Source: Candidatus Hydrogenedentota bacterium
GTDB taxonomy: Bacteria > Hydrogenedentota > Hydrogenedentia > Hydrogenedentales > SLHB01
NCBI GenBank assembly: GCA_045863295.1
Contig: BTWA01000004.1
Location: 192,001 to 256,000 of the forward strand
DNA length: 64,000 bases
Reading direction: 5' to 3'
Shown: piece after piece, positions 38,088 through 47,655 of the stretch
Layout: every line of letters begins with the position of its first letter
Numbering within the stretch: the stretch's first letter is position 1
Translations under genes and position numbers: made by a program
Notes under the pieces: model-generated
Database searches by the model: none
What the model saw: the letters and a program-made list of their open reading frames with translations, nothing else
Told to the model about the DNA's origin: nothing

Positions 38088-40304
38088 ATGAAACATATGC
38101 TTTGTTTGCTGGGGTGTTCCTTCTCTTTGCCTTGGGCCGCAGCCAACGCCGCCGAACGCATCGTGTCGTCGCCGTATGTAGTAAACGCGGGGTTCGAGTC
38201 GCCGCTGGACTCCAAAGGCAGGATGCCGTATTGGAACGCGGAAAAGACGGAGGACATGCTACAGGGGACCAAGGGTGGGTCTTTCGCGCCGGACGCGGCG
38301 AATCCTCTTGGCGGGACGGCTTCGCTTGGACTGACGGTGACGGGAGACTGGTATGCGTTTACGTCGATTCATTACCCGATTGGCGAGTGGACGGAATCCA
38401 TCGCGGTAGCCGCGGATGCAAGGACTGAACCGGGGGTTCGGGTGCAGATTGGCCTTGTTTGGGTGGGAGCGGCGGAGAATCCAATTCGGACCGACTTGGG
38501 TGAGGCGGAGGCCTGTGAGGAAAAGACGCGGCTGTCGGCGGGGCCGTTCATGGCACCGGAGGGGGCGCATTCCGCGCGGATCGAGTTGGTGGTGCTGCCG
38601 GAGACGCCGGGTGTGGCGGCCCGCGCATGGTTTGACGAGGCGGCCATGGACATCACTGATCGGCCGTTTGTGCGGGTAACGGTGAATCAGGTGGGCTATG
38701 ACGCACAAGGGCCGAAGAGGGCCATTGTGCAGACCAACTTCAAACCGGGTGAGGGCGAATCGGCGCGGGCGCAACTTGTTGGGGGCGGTGGCGAAACAGT
38801 GGCCGAGGTGCCGTTGACCTATGCGGGCCGGATGATTGGCGCTGGCGAACAGGATTGGGGTTGGCATTTCTGGCACGTCGATTTTTCAAATCAGGAAGCC
38901 GAGGGTCTTTATCGCGTGAAGGCAAAAGCCGGCGAATTGGAGGCAGAGTCGCACGAATTTCGGATTGGCGAGGATGTGTTGTTTCGGGAGACTGCGTCGG
39001 CCAACGCGGAGTTTTTCTACATCCAACGCTGCGGCATGGCGATTCCGGGTTGGCATGGCGCGTGTCACTTGGACGACGCGAAATTGCCGTCGGGCGAACA
39101 CAAGGACTTGACAGGCGGCTGGCACAGCGCGGGCGACTATAACAAGCTCAACTGGGAGTATGGAGACGGGGGTGTCGCGTATGCGCTGATGACGGCGTAT
39201 GAAGCCGACCCTGGCTTGTTCGCGGAAAGTGACCGCGATGGCGATGGTATTTGCGACGTCGTGGACGAGGCATGGTGGGGCGCGAAGTATCTGGCCAAAG
39301 TGCAGATTGCCGATACCGGCGGCATTCTCAATCACATTGAGCAAGGGCCTGATCGCGCGACATGGATGAATTGGTGTCCGCCGGAAAATACGACGGACAA
39401 CACGCCGGGGACACCGGACGATCCGATCGTGGTTGAGGGACCGGGCAATTCCCCGCTCGCGATAGGCGCTTGGGCGCGGTTGCACGGTGTCCTCAAGGCG
39501 AAGGGTGTGGAAAGCGATTACCTCGACCGCGCGCGGCGGTTGTGGGATCACGCCACGGCAGGCGGTACTGCTGTTCCTAATCCGCTGTTGCTCATCAGCA
39601 CGGTGGATCTGTACCGGGCGACGAAGGACGGTGCGCTCTTGGACTACGCGCGGCGTAACGTAGAGGCGATCCTTAAGACCGGCCAGCCGGGAGGGCAACT
39701 TGCGGGAGGCTATTCGGAATCGGGGGATGTGCCCGCGGCGGCGTTGGCGTATTTTGCACTCGCGTTACCGGACGAGGCGGTCACGAAGGCAATCCAAACG
39801 AGACTTATCGAACATGCGCCGAAGTTTGTCGAAGAGGCGAAGAACCCGATCGGCTTGATCCGGCAGAAACTGGGGCCGGACGGCTACTACTTCGACCCGT
39901 CCAGCGTGCTGGGGTGCAATTACATGATTGCGTGCCGGGCGTGGTCCGCGTTCATGGTGTATCGCGTGATTGGCGATGAGCGGCTGTTGCGTTACGGCGT
40001 CGATCAACTTGACTTCATACTGGGACGAAATCCGTATGACGTGTGCATGATGGAAGGCGAAGGGACCGTCAATCTCCCCCGCTATCATCACCGGTATGTG
40101 ACGATACCTGGCCACGAAGACGGCGCTGTGCCTGGGGCGATTCCCAACGGATTTGTGCGCGACATCACAGGGACGGATCGTCCGGGGCTGGACCTCTCCA
40201 CCGGCGGCAGCCGCCCCTACCCATCCTACCGCACCAACGAGCCGTGGCTGGTGCACAATGTGTTCTACACGTTGGCGGTTACGGCGCTGCACGAAGCGGT
40301 ATGA
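38088..40304 (+). CDS. Exported GH9-like glycoside hydrolase with N-terminal CBM-like and Ig-like (CelD_N) domains
   Basis: Signal peptide; NAGFES; VNQVGY...KRA; FFYIQRCG; DLTGGWHSAGDYNK; LDFILGRNP; HHR; YRTNE. Confidence 0.8.
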   Translation: MKHMLCLLGCSFSLPWAAANAAERIVSSPYVVNAGFESPLDSKGRMPYWNAEKTEDMLQGTKGGSFAPDAANPLGGTASLGLTVTGDWYAFTSIHYPIGEWTESIAVAADARTEPGVRVQIGLVWVGAAENPIRTDLGEAEACEEKTRLSAGPFMAPEGAHSARIELVVLPETPGVAARAWFDEAAMDITDRPFVRVTVNQVGYDAQGPKRAIVQTNFKPGEGESARAQLVGGGGETVAEVPLTYAGRMIGAGEQDWGWHFWHVDFSNQEAEGLYRVKAKAGELEAESHEFRIGEDVLFRETASANAEFFYIQRCGMAIPGWHGACHLDDAKLPSGEHKDLTGGWHSAGDYNKLNWEYGDGGVAYALMTAYEADPGLFAESDRDGDGICDVVDEAWWGAKYLAKVQIADTGGILNHIEQGPDRATWMNWCPPENTTDNTPGTPDDPIVVEGPGNSPLAIGAWARLHGVLKAKGVESDYLDRARRLWDHATAGGTAVPNPLLLISTVDLYRATKDGALLDYARRNVEAILKTGQPGGQLAGGYSESGDVPAAALAYFALALPDEAVTKAIQTRLIEHAPKFVEEAKNPIGLIRQKLGPDGYYFDPSSVLGCNYMIACRAWSAFMVYRVIGDERLLRYGVDQLDFILGRNPYDVCMMEGEGTVNLPRYHHRYVTIPGHEDGAVPGAIPNGFVRDITGTDRPGLDLSTGGSRPYPSYRTNEPWLVHNVFYTLAVTALHEAV

Positions 40305-40525
40305 CGCCAATTAACGATTGGTTGAACCGTCGCGGTTCCTCCGTGTAAATCGCGAGGGCCATGGCGCCTCCAGCCATCCGCGCTAGTGCGATCCACGCGG
40401 CTACTCCCCCGCGAATTCGAATATCCACCGGGCCGAACGCCGCCACGCTGGTTTCGGCGGGCGTGCCAAGGGCGATTGTGGGGTTGGCGAATCTATGGCT
40501 TGACAAGAGATTCGAAACGTGGTTG

Positions 40526-40555
40526 AATATACCTGAAATTAGTTTCAGTTATATT
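40526..40555. promoter_or_regulatory. 30-bp palindromic operator upstream of the DinB gene
   Basis: AATATACCTGAAA-ttag-TTTCAGTTATATT (12/13 arm match), just downstream of TTGACA at 40500-40505. Confidence 0.65.
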
Positions 40556-40587
40556 TGAGTTAATCTCAACTTGGGAGGTTTGTCGAG

Positions 40588-41082
40588 ATGCGGATTGTGG
40601 ATGGGATGATTCAGGAGTTGCAGCATGAGGCGGGGATTACGCGACGGGTGCTGGAGCGGGTGCCGATGGAGCATGCGACGTGGAAGCCGCATGCGAAGTC
40701 GTTTTCGATGGGGCAGTTGGCGTCGCACCTCGCGGACATTCCTTCGTGGGTAAAGGTGACGATCGAGCAGGAGGAGTTGGTGTTTGACATGGCTTCGTAC
40801 AAGCCGTTTGTGGCGGGTTCGACGCAGGATTTGTTGTCGCATTTTGACGGGTGCCTGAAGGAGGCGCTGGGATGCATGCAGGGGGCGTCGAACGAGGTCC
40901 TGTTGGCGAACTGGAAGTTGATTGCGAACGGCGCGACGATGTTCGAGATGCCGCGAGTGGCGGTGCTTCGGGGAATGATTTTGAATCATTCGGTGCATCA
41001 CCGGGCGCAGTTGGGTGTGTATTTGCGCATGAAAGATGTCCCCGTGCCGGCCATGTATGGTCCTTCCGCGGACGAGCAGTGA
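40588..41082 (+). CDS. DinB-family protein
   Basis: WKPHAKSFSMGQLASHL, NHSVHHRAQLGVYLR, VPAMYGPSADE. Confidence 0.92.
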   Translation: MRIVDGMIQELQHEAGITRRVLERVPMEHATWKPHAKSFSMGQLASHLADIPSWVKVTIEQEELVFDMASYKPFVAGSTQDLLSHFDGCLKEALGCMQGASNEVLLANWKLIANGATMFEMPRVAVLRGMILNHSVHHRAQLGVYLRMKDVPVPAMYGPSADEQ

Positions 41083-41102
41083 GCCTCTGCCATGCGTAAT
41101 GA

Positions 41103-41139
41103 CCGGGGGGCGGGAGACGCGACCCGCCCCCCGGATTTT
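41103..41139. terminator. Terminator hairpin between convergent genes
   Basis: Perfect 12-bp stem CCGGGGGGCGGG/CCCGCCCCCCGG followed by ATTTT. Confidence 0.75.
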
Positions 41140-41194
41140 GATGGCCTTGGGGCGCCATTGGAATTGTGGATGTATGTGTGGGCGGGTGGCCTCG

Positions 41195-42073
41195 TTACAC
41201 TTGGCGGACCTGGACGTCGACAGTGAGGGATTGCTGGCCGCCGCCGAGCATGACGCCGCGGAGGGGGCTGACTTCGTCGTAGTCGCGGCCCCAGGCGAGG
41301 GTGATGTGGTCGTTGCATGGGATGACGTTGTTGGTGGGGTCGAGGTCGACCCAGCCGTGGCTGTGAGTGTATACGGCAAGCCATGCGTGTGTGGCTTGGG
41401 CGCCCGCGAGGGTGTGTCCTTCGGTGCTGAGTGGGCGGATGTAGCCGCTGACGTAGCGGGCGGGAATGCCGAGGGCGCGCAGGCATGCGATTTGGAATTG
41501 AGCGAAATCCTGGCAGACGCCGCGTTTGTTGGCGTATACGGTGTCGATGGGCGTTGCCAACGTGGTTGCGGTAGGGTCGTATTCGAATTCGCGATGTATA
41601 CGCGCGGTCAGATCGAGCGCGGCGGCGAGTATGGGGCGGCTTGACGTGAAACAGTCCGCGACCCATTGGGCGGCATGCGGGAGTATTGGAATGTAGGTGG
41701 ATGGATAGACGTATTGCACGGCATCGAGGCAGGCAGCATCTCGCACTTCGCGCACGGCACGGGCGACTTCTTCCCACGGTGTAGTGGCATCGGGTTCGAT
41801 GTATTCGGCGGGCGTGAGGATGACTTTGGAGAACACGTGGACATCGAGTGCGGCGTGCGGTTCTTCGATGGTGAAGTAATGCATTGGATTGCCGAAGTAG
41901 TCGATGCGCGTGCGAAAGGGTCCGGGTGGTTGTGGCGCGGTTTCGATGAGGAAACTGGAGAGCGACTGTCTTGGGCCGTTGCGGGGTTGCAGGTGCGCGC
42001 GGTTGTACGAGATTCCGGCGGTGTCGGAATAGGTGTAGGTGGTTCGATGCCTGACTTCGTAGTGGATGTTCAT
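41195..42073 (-). CDS. Transglutaminase-like protein (Bact_transglu_N + Transglut_core)
   Basis: YEVRHRTTYTY, DYFGN, triad GVCQDF / THAW / DPTN, WGRDYDEVSPLRG; ATGA overlap with the upstream gene. Confidence 0.93.
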   Translation of the reverse strand: MNIHYEVRHRTTYTYSDTAGISYNRAHLQPRNGPRQSLSSFLIETAPQPPGPFRTRIDYFGNPMHYFTIEEPHAALDVHVFSKVILTPAEYIEPDATTPWEEVARAVREVRDAACLDAVQYVYPSTYIPILPHAAQWVADCFTSSRPILAAALDLTARIHREFEYDPTATTLATPIDTVYANKRGVCQDFAQFQIACLRALGIPARYVSGYIRPLSTEGHTLAGAQATHAWLAVYTHSHGWVDLDPTNNVIPCNDHITLAWGRDYDEVSPLRGVMLGGGQQSLTVDVQVRQV

Positions 42074-44694
42074 TCGTCGAGCAGCACCTTTGCGTCGAGT
42101 TGCCGCGCCGCGGCGGTGTGGCTGAAGTAGCGCCTGGCCAGGAGGGTCGAGACGTTGGGCAGTTCGACGACGATCCGGTTGAGCAGGGTCATGAGCGAAT
42201 CGCGCACCTGGTAGGAGTCCAGGTGGATGGCTTGGGTTACATCGATGCCGCGAATGGCGTGCTGTAATTCGCGGACGACGGTTTCTTCCGGCGTTTCGGA
42301 ATCGGGTTGCCATCCGGGCAGGAGGTGCAGGTGTTCGGTTATGGCGTCGAGCTGGAAGGCGACAGAGCGCGGATTGGCTTCGTCGCACAGGAGCAAATCG
42401 AGCACGGCATGGGGTTGAACCCAATTGGCGTAGCGTGCCCGGTAGGTCATGGGGCTGTCGCAAATCGCGAGCACGGCTTGGAGAATGGGCTCTTCCGGTT
42501 GGATGGGCGTGCTGAGCGTGGAATTGATGAGGTGTGCGGTGTGCAGCGCGCGTTCCAGGCGCCGTCCGAGATCCAGAAAAATCCATCCGGGTTCGCGGGT
42601 CATGTTCTCCATGGTGAGTCCGCTGAAGGCGGCCAGACCGGTGATCAGATCGTTGAGTGCGAGCAGGGCATCCGGCATTGCCGGTTGCGATCCGTTGAGG
42701 TCGACGGCGGCGAAATTGCCGGCCAGTCCGCGAAGGATGCGCCAACTGTCGTGTGAGAAGCGGTCGCGCACCACCCACGCCACGCGTTGTACGGCGTCCA
42801 GTGTCGTGCGCACACTGCTGGCGAGTTGGGGTTCGTAGATCGCAGTCAGCACGTAAACGGACAGCGCGCGGATCTCGGCTTCCTCCACCGGGGATTCGCC
42901 TGTGTTACGCGCGGTATCCATGGTTGCATCCAGGGACTGGTTCTGGCGTTGCATGGCCAATTCCTGGAACCGTTGCGCATCGGGCCAGAGAAACCGCACG
43001 GTGCGCGCGAGGGCTGCGAGTTCCGGGGGGTTGGTCAGACCGCTTTCGTCGGTGCACCGGGTGACGAGGTATCTGAGGGTACGCACGGAACCTTCCGCGC
43101 GCTCACAATATCGGCCCAGCCAGAACAGGTTGTCGGCGACACGACTCGGCAAGTTGTCGGAGGAACGCTGCAAGGGCACGAGTTCGTCCGAGCCGGGCAG
43201 CAACGAGTACATAACGACGGGGGCGGGTGACAGGATCCAGGTGTCTTTACTTCCGCTTCCTTCCTGCATGGAGATTCGAGTCAATCCGTCTCGCGCGCTG
43301 CACCGGGTGAGTCCGCCGGGCATGACGTGAAAGTCGTGGGCGGTATCGCGCAGGGCGAAACAGCGAAGCGAGACGTGTTGCATCTTCACGGCGCCGTCCA
43401 TCCAGACGGGGGCCGTGGACAGCGAGGGTTCCCGTTGCGCCACGTATTCATGCGGGCGGGCCTGAATTGCGCTCAGCAATTCGGCGCGTGCCGCGCGATC
43501 GAGTTCCGCGGGGGACACGAAGAAACGCGCATCGGCGTTGAATGCAGGCCCGATCAGGAGACTTTCGAGATTTTCCTCCACGTACCGGCGCTGTTCACGG
43601 TTGCCGCACCACCACGTGGGCAGAGACGAATGCAACAGATCTTCTCCGAGGAAGAACCGGCACATGTCTTCGAGGTAGGGCCTGAATGCGGGAGTCTCCA
43701 GCAAGCCACTGCCGAGCGCATTGCACACGGCCACGTTTGCTCCGAGCAACACTTGCACCAGGCCGACAATCCCGAGCGTTGAATCAGTTTTGAGTTCCAA
43801 TGGGTCGCAGTAGTCATCGTCGAGCCTGCGAAACAAGACATCGACGGGGCGAAGTCCTTTGAGTGTTTTCAGGTATACGTGTTCGTTTCGCATGGAGAGG
43901 TCTTCGCCTTCCACGAGGGTGAAGCCGAGGTATCGCGCGAGGTATACGTGCTCAAAGTAGGTCTCGTTGTATGGCCCGGGCGTGAGGAGCACGACATGCG
44001 ATTTGTCTGGGAAGCGCGGTGACATGCGGTAGAGCGTTTCGCGCAGGCGTTCGAAAAAGGGGGCGAGCCGATGCACCTGGCAATCCTGAATGAGGTTGGG
44101 GAAAATGCGGGATGTGATGATGCGGTTTTCCAGGGCATACCCCATGCCGGACGGCGTCCTGGTCATATCGGACATTGCCATCCATCCGCCCGATGGCGCG
44201 CGTGCGATATCCGAAGAGAACAGCGTCAAGTGATTGGATTGAAAAGGCCGGATTCCACTGCATGGCCTCAGGAACTTTGGATTTGCGTAGAGGACTTCCG
44301 GCGGAATCACTCGATCCTTTAACAGCCTTTGGGGCCCGTAGAGATCGGCGAGCGCCAGTGAGAAAACGCGCATGCGCTGAATCAACCCCGATCGAATGGT
44401 CTCCCAGTCTTCCGGCGATAGCACAAAGGGGATGAGGTCGAGCGCCCATGGGCGATCCATTCCTTGGGGGTCGCCGTAGACGTTGTAGGTGACGCCGTTG
44501 TCGTGAACCAGTTGCAGGGCCTGTTCGCGACGGCGCGTGAGTTCGGCCATTTCGAGTGTTTCGAATGCCTCAATCAGCGGCCTCCACGCAGGACGAATAG
44601 CGCCGGTCGAATCCAAATGTTCTCCGTAGGCCATCGCTGAGTCGTGAGCGCTGGCCGACGCGTCTTCCTCGCGGCGGTGAAAAAGTCGATTCAT
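42070..44694 (-). CDS. Circularly permuted type-2 ATP-grasp fused to an alpha-E domain
   Basis: GVTYNVY, PSGMGYALENR, LTPGPYNETYFEH, RRLDDDYCDP, PGGLTR, SKDTW; then LPSRVADNLFWLGRYCERAE and LGRRLERA. Confidence 0.93.
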   Translation of the reverse strand: MNRLFHRREEDASASAHDSAMAYGEHLDSTGAIRPAWRPLIEAFETLEMAELTRRREQALQLVHDNGVTYNVYGDPQGMDRPWALDLIPFVLSPEDWETIRSGLIQRMRVFSLALADLYGPQRLLKDRVIPPEVLYANPKFLRPCSGIRPFQSNHLTLFSSDIARAPSGGWMAMSDMTRTPSGMGYALENRIITSRIFPNLIQDCQVHRLAPFFERLRETLYRMSPRFPDKSHVVLLTPGPYNETYFEHVYLARYLGFTLVEGEDLSMRNEHVYLKTLKGLRPVDVLFRRLDDDYCDPLELKTDSTLGIVGLVQVLLGANVAVCNALGSGLLETPAFRPYLEDMCRFFLGEDLLHSSLPTWWCGNREQRRYVEENLESLLIGPAFNADARFFVSPAELDRAARAELLSAIQARPHEYVAQREPSLSTAPVWMDGAVKMQHVSLRCFALRDTAHDFHVMPGGLTRCSARDGLTRISMQEGSGSKDTWILSPAPVVMYSLLPGSDELVPLQRSSDNLPSRVADNLFWLGRYCERAEGSVRTLRYLVTRCTDESGLTNPPELAALARTVRFLWPDAQRFQELAMQRQNQSLDATMDTARNTGESPVEEAEIRALSVYVLTAIYEPQLASSVRTTLDAVQRVAWVVRDRFSHDSWRILRGLAGNFAAVDLNGSQPAMPDALLALNDLITGLAAFSGLTMENMTREPGWIFLDLGRRLERALHTAHLINSTLSTPIQPEEPILQAVLAICDSPMTYRARYANWVQPHAVLDLLLCDEANPRSVAFQLDAITEHLHLLPGWQPDSETPEETVVRELQHAIRGIDVTQAIHLDSYQVRDSLMTLLNRIVVELPNVSTLLARRYFSHTAAARQLDAKVLLDE

Positions 44695-44774
44695 GGTTTG
44701 CCCGGAGTCCGGTCGTATCGCATGTTCAATCCATTCGACAAGGCGTAGCCCGCGTACATTCGGAGCAGAATCGA

Positions 44775-44791
44775 AGCAAGGCCGATGCCAG
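44775..44791 (-). promoter_or_regulatory. sigma54 promoter for the ATP-grasp/alpha-E fusion operon
   Basis: Minus strand CTGGCATCGGCCTTGCT, exact GG-N10-GC, about 80 nt upstream of ATG 44694. Confidence 0.72.
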
Positions 44792-45024
44792 CGTATTGCG
44801 GGTGCGGCCAAATCATAGCGGAATCATCGCGAATGAATCTCACTTTCCTGCCGTTTACCTTAGTGAGGGTGTCCAGGGGCCTGGCTTGCTTGTATGGCGT
44901 TGACTACTTGCCGTGGCTTGACATGTGGCACACCCTGGCATTATGGGTTGAGTCCCTTTGCTTGTCAGACCTTACGAAATGCCGTGTGTTGGGTCCGAAC
45001 TCGATGCATTCTTCGAATTGGTAG

Positions 45025-45040
45025 TGGCACAGGGATTGCG
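45025..45040 (+). promoter_or_regulatory. sigma54 promoter for the stand-alone ATP-grasp operon
   Basis: TGGCACAGGGATTGCG, exact GG-N10-GC. Confidence 0.75.
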
Positions 45041-45210
45041 GAAACAAGGGGTAGTTTTCCTGATATTCAGGCAAACGGGTGCAAGTATGCGGTTTAAGGC
45101 CACCAAGAGGGCGCTTTTGCTGTAACCATCTCTACCTCCGCGTAGGATTCGCATCCAGGAACCTACGAGATGGTAGGGAGTATAGTCGGTCGAGGCGGCT
45201 GGAGGGTTCC

Positions 45211-46674
45211 ATGAATCTCAACGAATACCGGATGGACGGTTTCTACGACGAATTGGTCGAAGGGCCGGGATTGCCGCGACAGGGCATGGAAGCGCTGTTT
45301 CAGAAGATGGCGGAATTTGGCCCGGAAGAAGTATTGCGCCGTCAGAAGGATGCCGAGGCGCTGATGTTCCGATTGGGCATTACGTTCAATGTGTACGGGG
45401 ATGAACGCCGGGAGGAGCGCATCTTTCCGTTCGACTTAATTCCGCGGATTATCACGGCTTCGGAGTGGGCCTGGATTGAGAAGGGACTGAAGCAGCGCAT
45501 AGAAGTCTTGAATTTGTTTATTCACGACATCTACCACGACCAGAAGATATTGAAGGATGGGGTCATCCCCGAATTTGTTATCAAGTCCTCGAAGTGTTTT
45601 CGCGAGCAATGTGTTGGCTTAACGCCACCGCGCGGCATCTGGAGTCATGTGGTGGGCACTGATCTGGTCCGGGACAGGGACGGTCAGATCTATGTGTTGG
45701 AAGACAATCTTCGTTGTCCTTCGGGGGTGTCGTATGTTCTCGAAAACCGGGATGTCATGAAGCATGCCTTTCCGGAATTGTTCGAGATGTGGGGCATTCG
45801 TCCAGTCGATGACTATCCGAATCATTTGCTGCATACCTTGCAGGATCTGGCGCCATCGGGGGTAGATCAACCTCGGGTGTGCGTGCTGACTCCGGGTGCA
45901 TTTAACTCGGCGTATTTTGAACATTCGTTTCTTGCGCAACAAATGGGGGTGCCGCTTGTCGAAGGCAGCGATTTGGTGGTTTCGAACAACCAAGTGTTGA
46001 TGCGGACGATCCGCGGTTTTGAACGGGTCGACGTAATCTATCGTCGGATCGACGATGATTTTATCGATCCGAAGGCGTTTCGCGCGGACAGTATGCTCGG
46101 TGTGCCGGGTCTGATGGACGTGTACAAAGCGGGCCGCGTGGCGTTGGCGAACGCGCCGGGCACGGGCATTGCGGACGACAAGGTCGTTTACGCCTATGTG
46201 CCGAAAATGATTAAGTATTATCTCGATCAGGACGCCATCATTCCGAACGTTCCCACGTATGTCTGCTGGGAGGACAAGGACTTGGCGTATGTCCTTGAAA
46301 ACATGGAGCAGCTTGTCGTGAAGGCCGCCAACGAATCGGGCGGTTACGGCATGCTGGTGGGACCTCATGCGTCCAAAGCGGATGTGGAAGTGTTCCGGGT
46401 TGCGGTGCAGAAGGATCCTAGGAACTACATTGCACAGCCGACGCTGGGATTGTCGCGCGTGCCGGTGCTCGTCGACGAATCGTGCGAAGGCCGGCACGTG
46501 GATTTGCGCCCGTACATTTTGTATGGCAAGTCGATTTATGTGTTACCGGGCGGTTTGACGCGAGTCGCGTTGCGCAAGGGATCTTTGGTGGTGAATTCGT
46601 CGCAAGGCGGCGGCAGCAAAGACACGTGGGTGTTGGAAGAAAGCGGCCCGAACGGCCATCACAACGGGAAGTAA
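45211..46674 (+). CDS. Circularly permuted type-2 ATP-grasp protein
   Basis: [83 protein letters not shown]. Confidence 0.95.
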   Translation: MNLNEYRMDGFYDELVEGPGLPRQGMEALFQKMAEFGPEEVLRRQKDAEALMFRLGITFNVYGDERREERIFPFDLIPRIITASEWAWIEKGLKQRIEVLNLFIHDIYHDQKILKDGVIPEFVIKSSKCFREQCVGLTPPRGIWSHVVGTDLVRDRDGQIYVLEDNLRCPSGVSYVLENRDVMKHAFPELFEMWGIRPVDDYPNHLLHTLQDLAPSGVDQPRVCVLTPGAFNSAYFEHSFLAQQMGVPLVEGSDLVVSNNQVLMRTIRGFERVDVIYRRIDDDFIDPKAFRADSMLGVPGLMDVYKAGRVALANAPGTGIADDKVVYAYVPKMIKYYLDQDAIIPNVPTYVCWEDKDLAYVLENMEQLVVKAANESGGYGMLVGPHASKADVEVFRVAVQKDPRNYIAQPTLGLSRVPVLVDESCEGRHVDLRPYILYGKSIYVLPGGLTRVALRKGSLVVNSSQGGGSKDTWVLEESGPNGHHNGK

Positions 46675-46677
46675 CGC

Positions 46678-47655
46678 ATGCTTAGCCGTGTCGCGAATTC
46701 GATTTATTGGTTGTGCCGCTACATAGAACGTGCCGAAAATGTGGCCCGCATTCTCCATGTGAACTGGCACTTGTCGCTGGGCGATCAGCGCACCGCGCAG
46801 GAGCAGTGGCAGCCGTTGGTCAACATTACAGCGGATACGGCGCTGTTTGAGGCCAAGTACGGCAATGCGACCAAAGAGAATGTGATTCAGTTCATGGTCT
46901 CGGACAGCGAGTATCCGAACTCGATTATATCCTGCCTGGAAGCGGCCCGCGAGAATGCGCGATCCATTCGCGAGATCATTCCTGAGGAGATGTGGGAACA
47001 GGTCAACACTTTTTACTACATGGTGCGCGATGCAGCGGTGTCTTCGAGGCCGAATGCGGACTTGAACGAGTTTTTGACCGGAATCCGCAAGCGGAGCAAC
47101 GAGTTTGTCGGGCTTGCGTTGACGACGATGACTCACGACGAAGGCTGGCACTTCTGCCGGCTTGGGCGGATGTTGGAACGCGCCGATCAGACTTCGCGCA
47201 TTCTGGATGTGAAGTTCTTTTACTTGTTGCCCAATCCGAAGGATGTGGGAGGTCCGATGGACAGCATTCAGTGGCTGGCGTTGCTTCAGTCCGCCAGCGC
47301 GCTTCAAGCTTACCGCAGGCAACAGGGATCGATGAGCTATGAAAAAGTCGTTGGCTTTTTGCTTCTCGATAGCCAGTTTCCGCGCGCCGTGCGGTATTGC
47401 ACGGATCGTGTGCTTGATTCGGTGCATTGTGTGACGGGCACGCCGAAAGGCGCATTTACGAATACGGTGGAGCGAGAGTGTGGCAAGTTGTGCGCCGATT
47501 TGGCGTATGCCCAAGCGAACGAGATCATCGCACAGGGCCTTCATGACTATATCGATAATCTCCAAAAGCGTTTTATTCGTTGCGGGGAAGCGATTCACGA
47601 GGCCTTTTTCGCGACCCGCCTTGTAGGGAATGGCACAGTTTCGCTGCCGCAGTGA
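46678..47655 (+). CDS. Alpha-E domain protein (DUF403-like)
   Basis: MLSRVANSIYWLCRYIERAEN, ARENARSIRE, LGRMLERADQTSRILDVK, FPRAV. Confidence 0.94.
   Translation: MLSRVANSIYWLCRYIERAENVARILHVNWHLSLGDQRTAQEQWQPLVNITADTALFEAKYGNATKENVIQFMVSDSEYPNSIISCLEAARENARSIREIIPEEMWEQVNTFYYMVRDAAVSSRPNADLNEFLTGIRKRSNEFVGLALTTMTHDEGWHFCRLGRMLERADQTSRILDVKFFYLLPNPKDVGGPMDSIQWLALLQSASALQAYRRQQGSMSYEKVVGFLLLDSQFPRAVRYCTDRVLDSVHCVTGTPKGAFTNTVERECGKLCADLAYAQANEIIAQGLHDYIDNLQKRFIRCGEAIHEAFFATRLVGNGTVSLPQ

Noticed and set aside
41638..41653. parS-like GGCTTGACGTGAAACA
   Set aside because: 13/16 to TGTTTCACGTGAAACA with only one good half-site, single copy, inside a CDS.
42074..42778. Long N-terminal extension of the transglutaminase ORF (also the ORF-track extensions of sufB, ArnT-like, pntB, mnmE, rnpA and nfeD)
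   Set aside because: Extensions overlap upstream genes or promoters; better starts exist with an SD or stop/start coupling.
44926..44940. TGGCAC-containing motif (also 30563-30579 on the minus strand)
   Set aside because: GG-to-GC spacing is 9 rather than the strictly required 10 nt.
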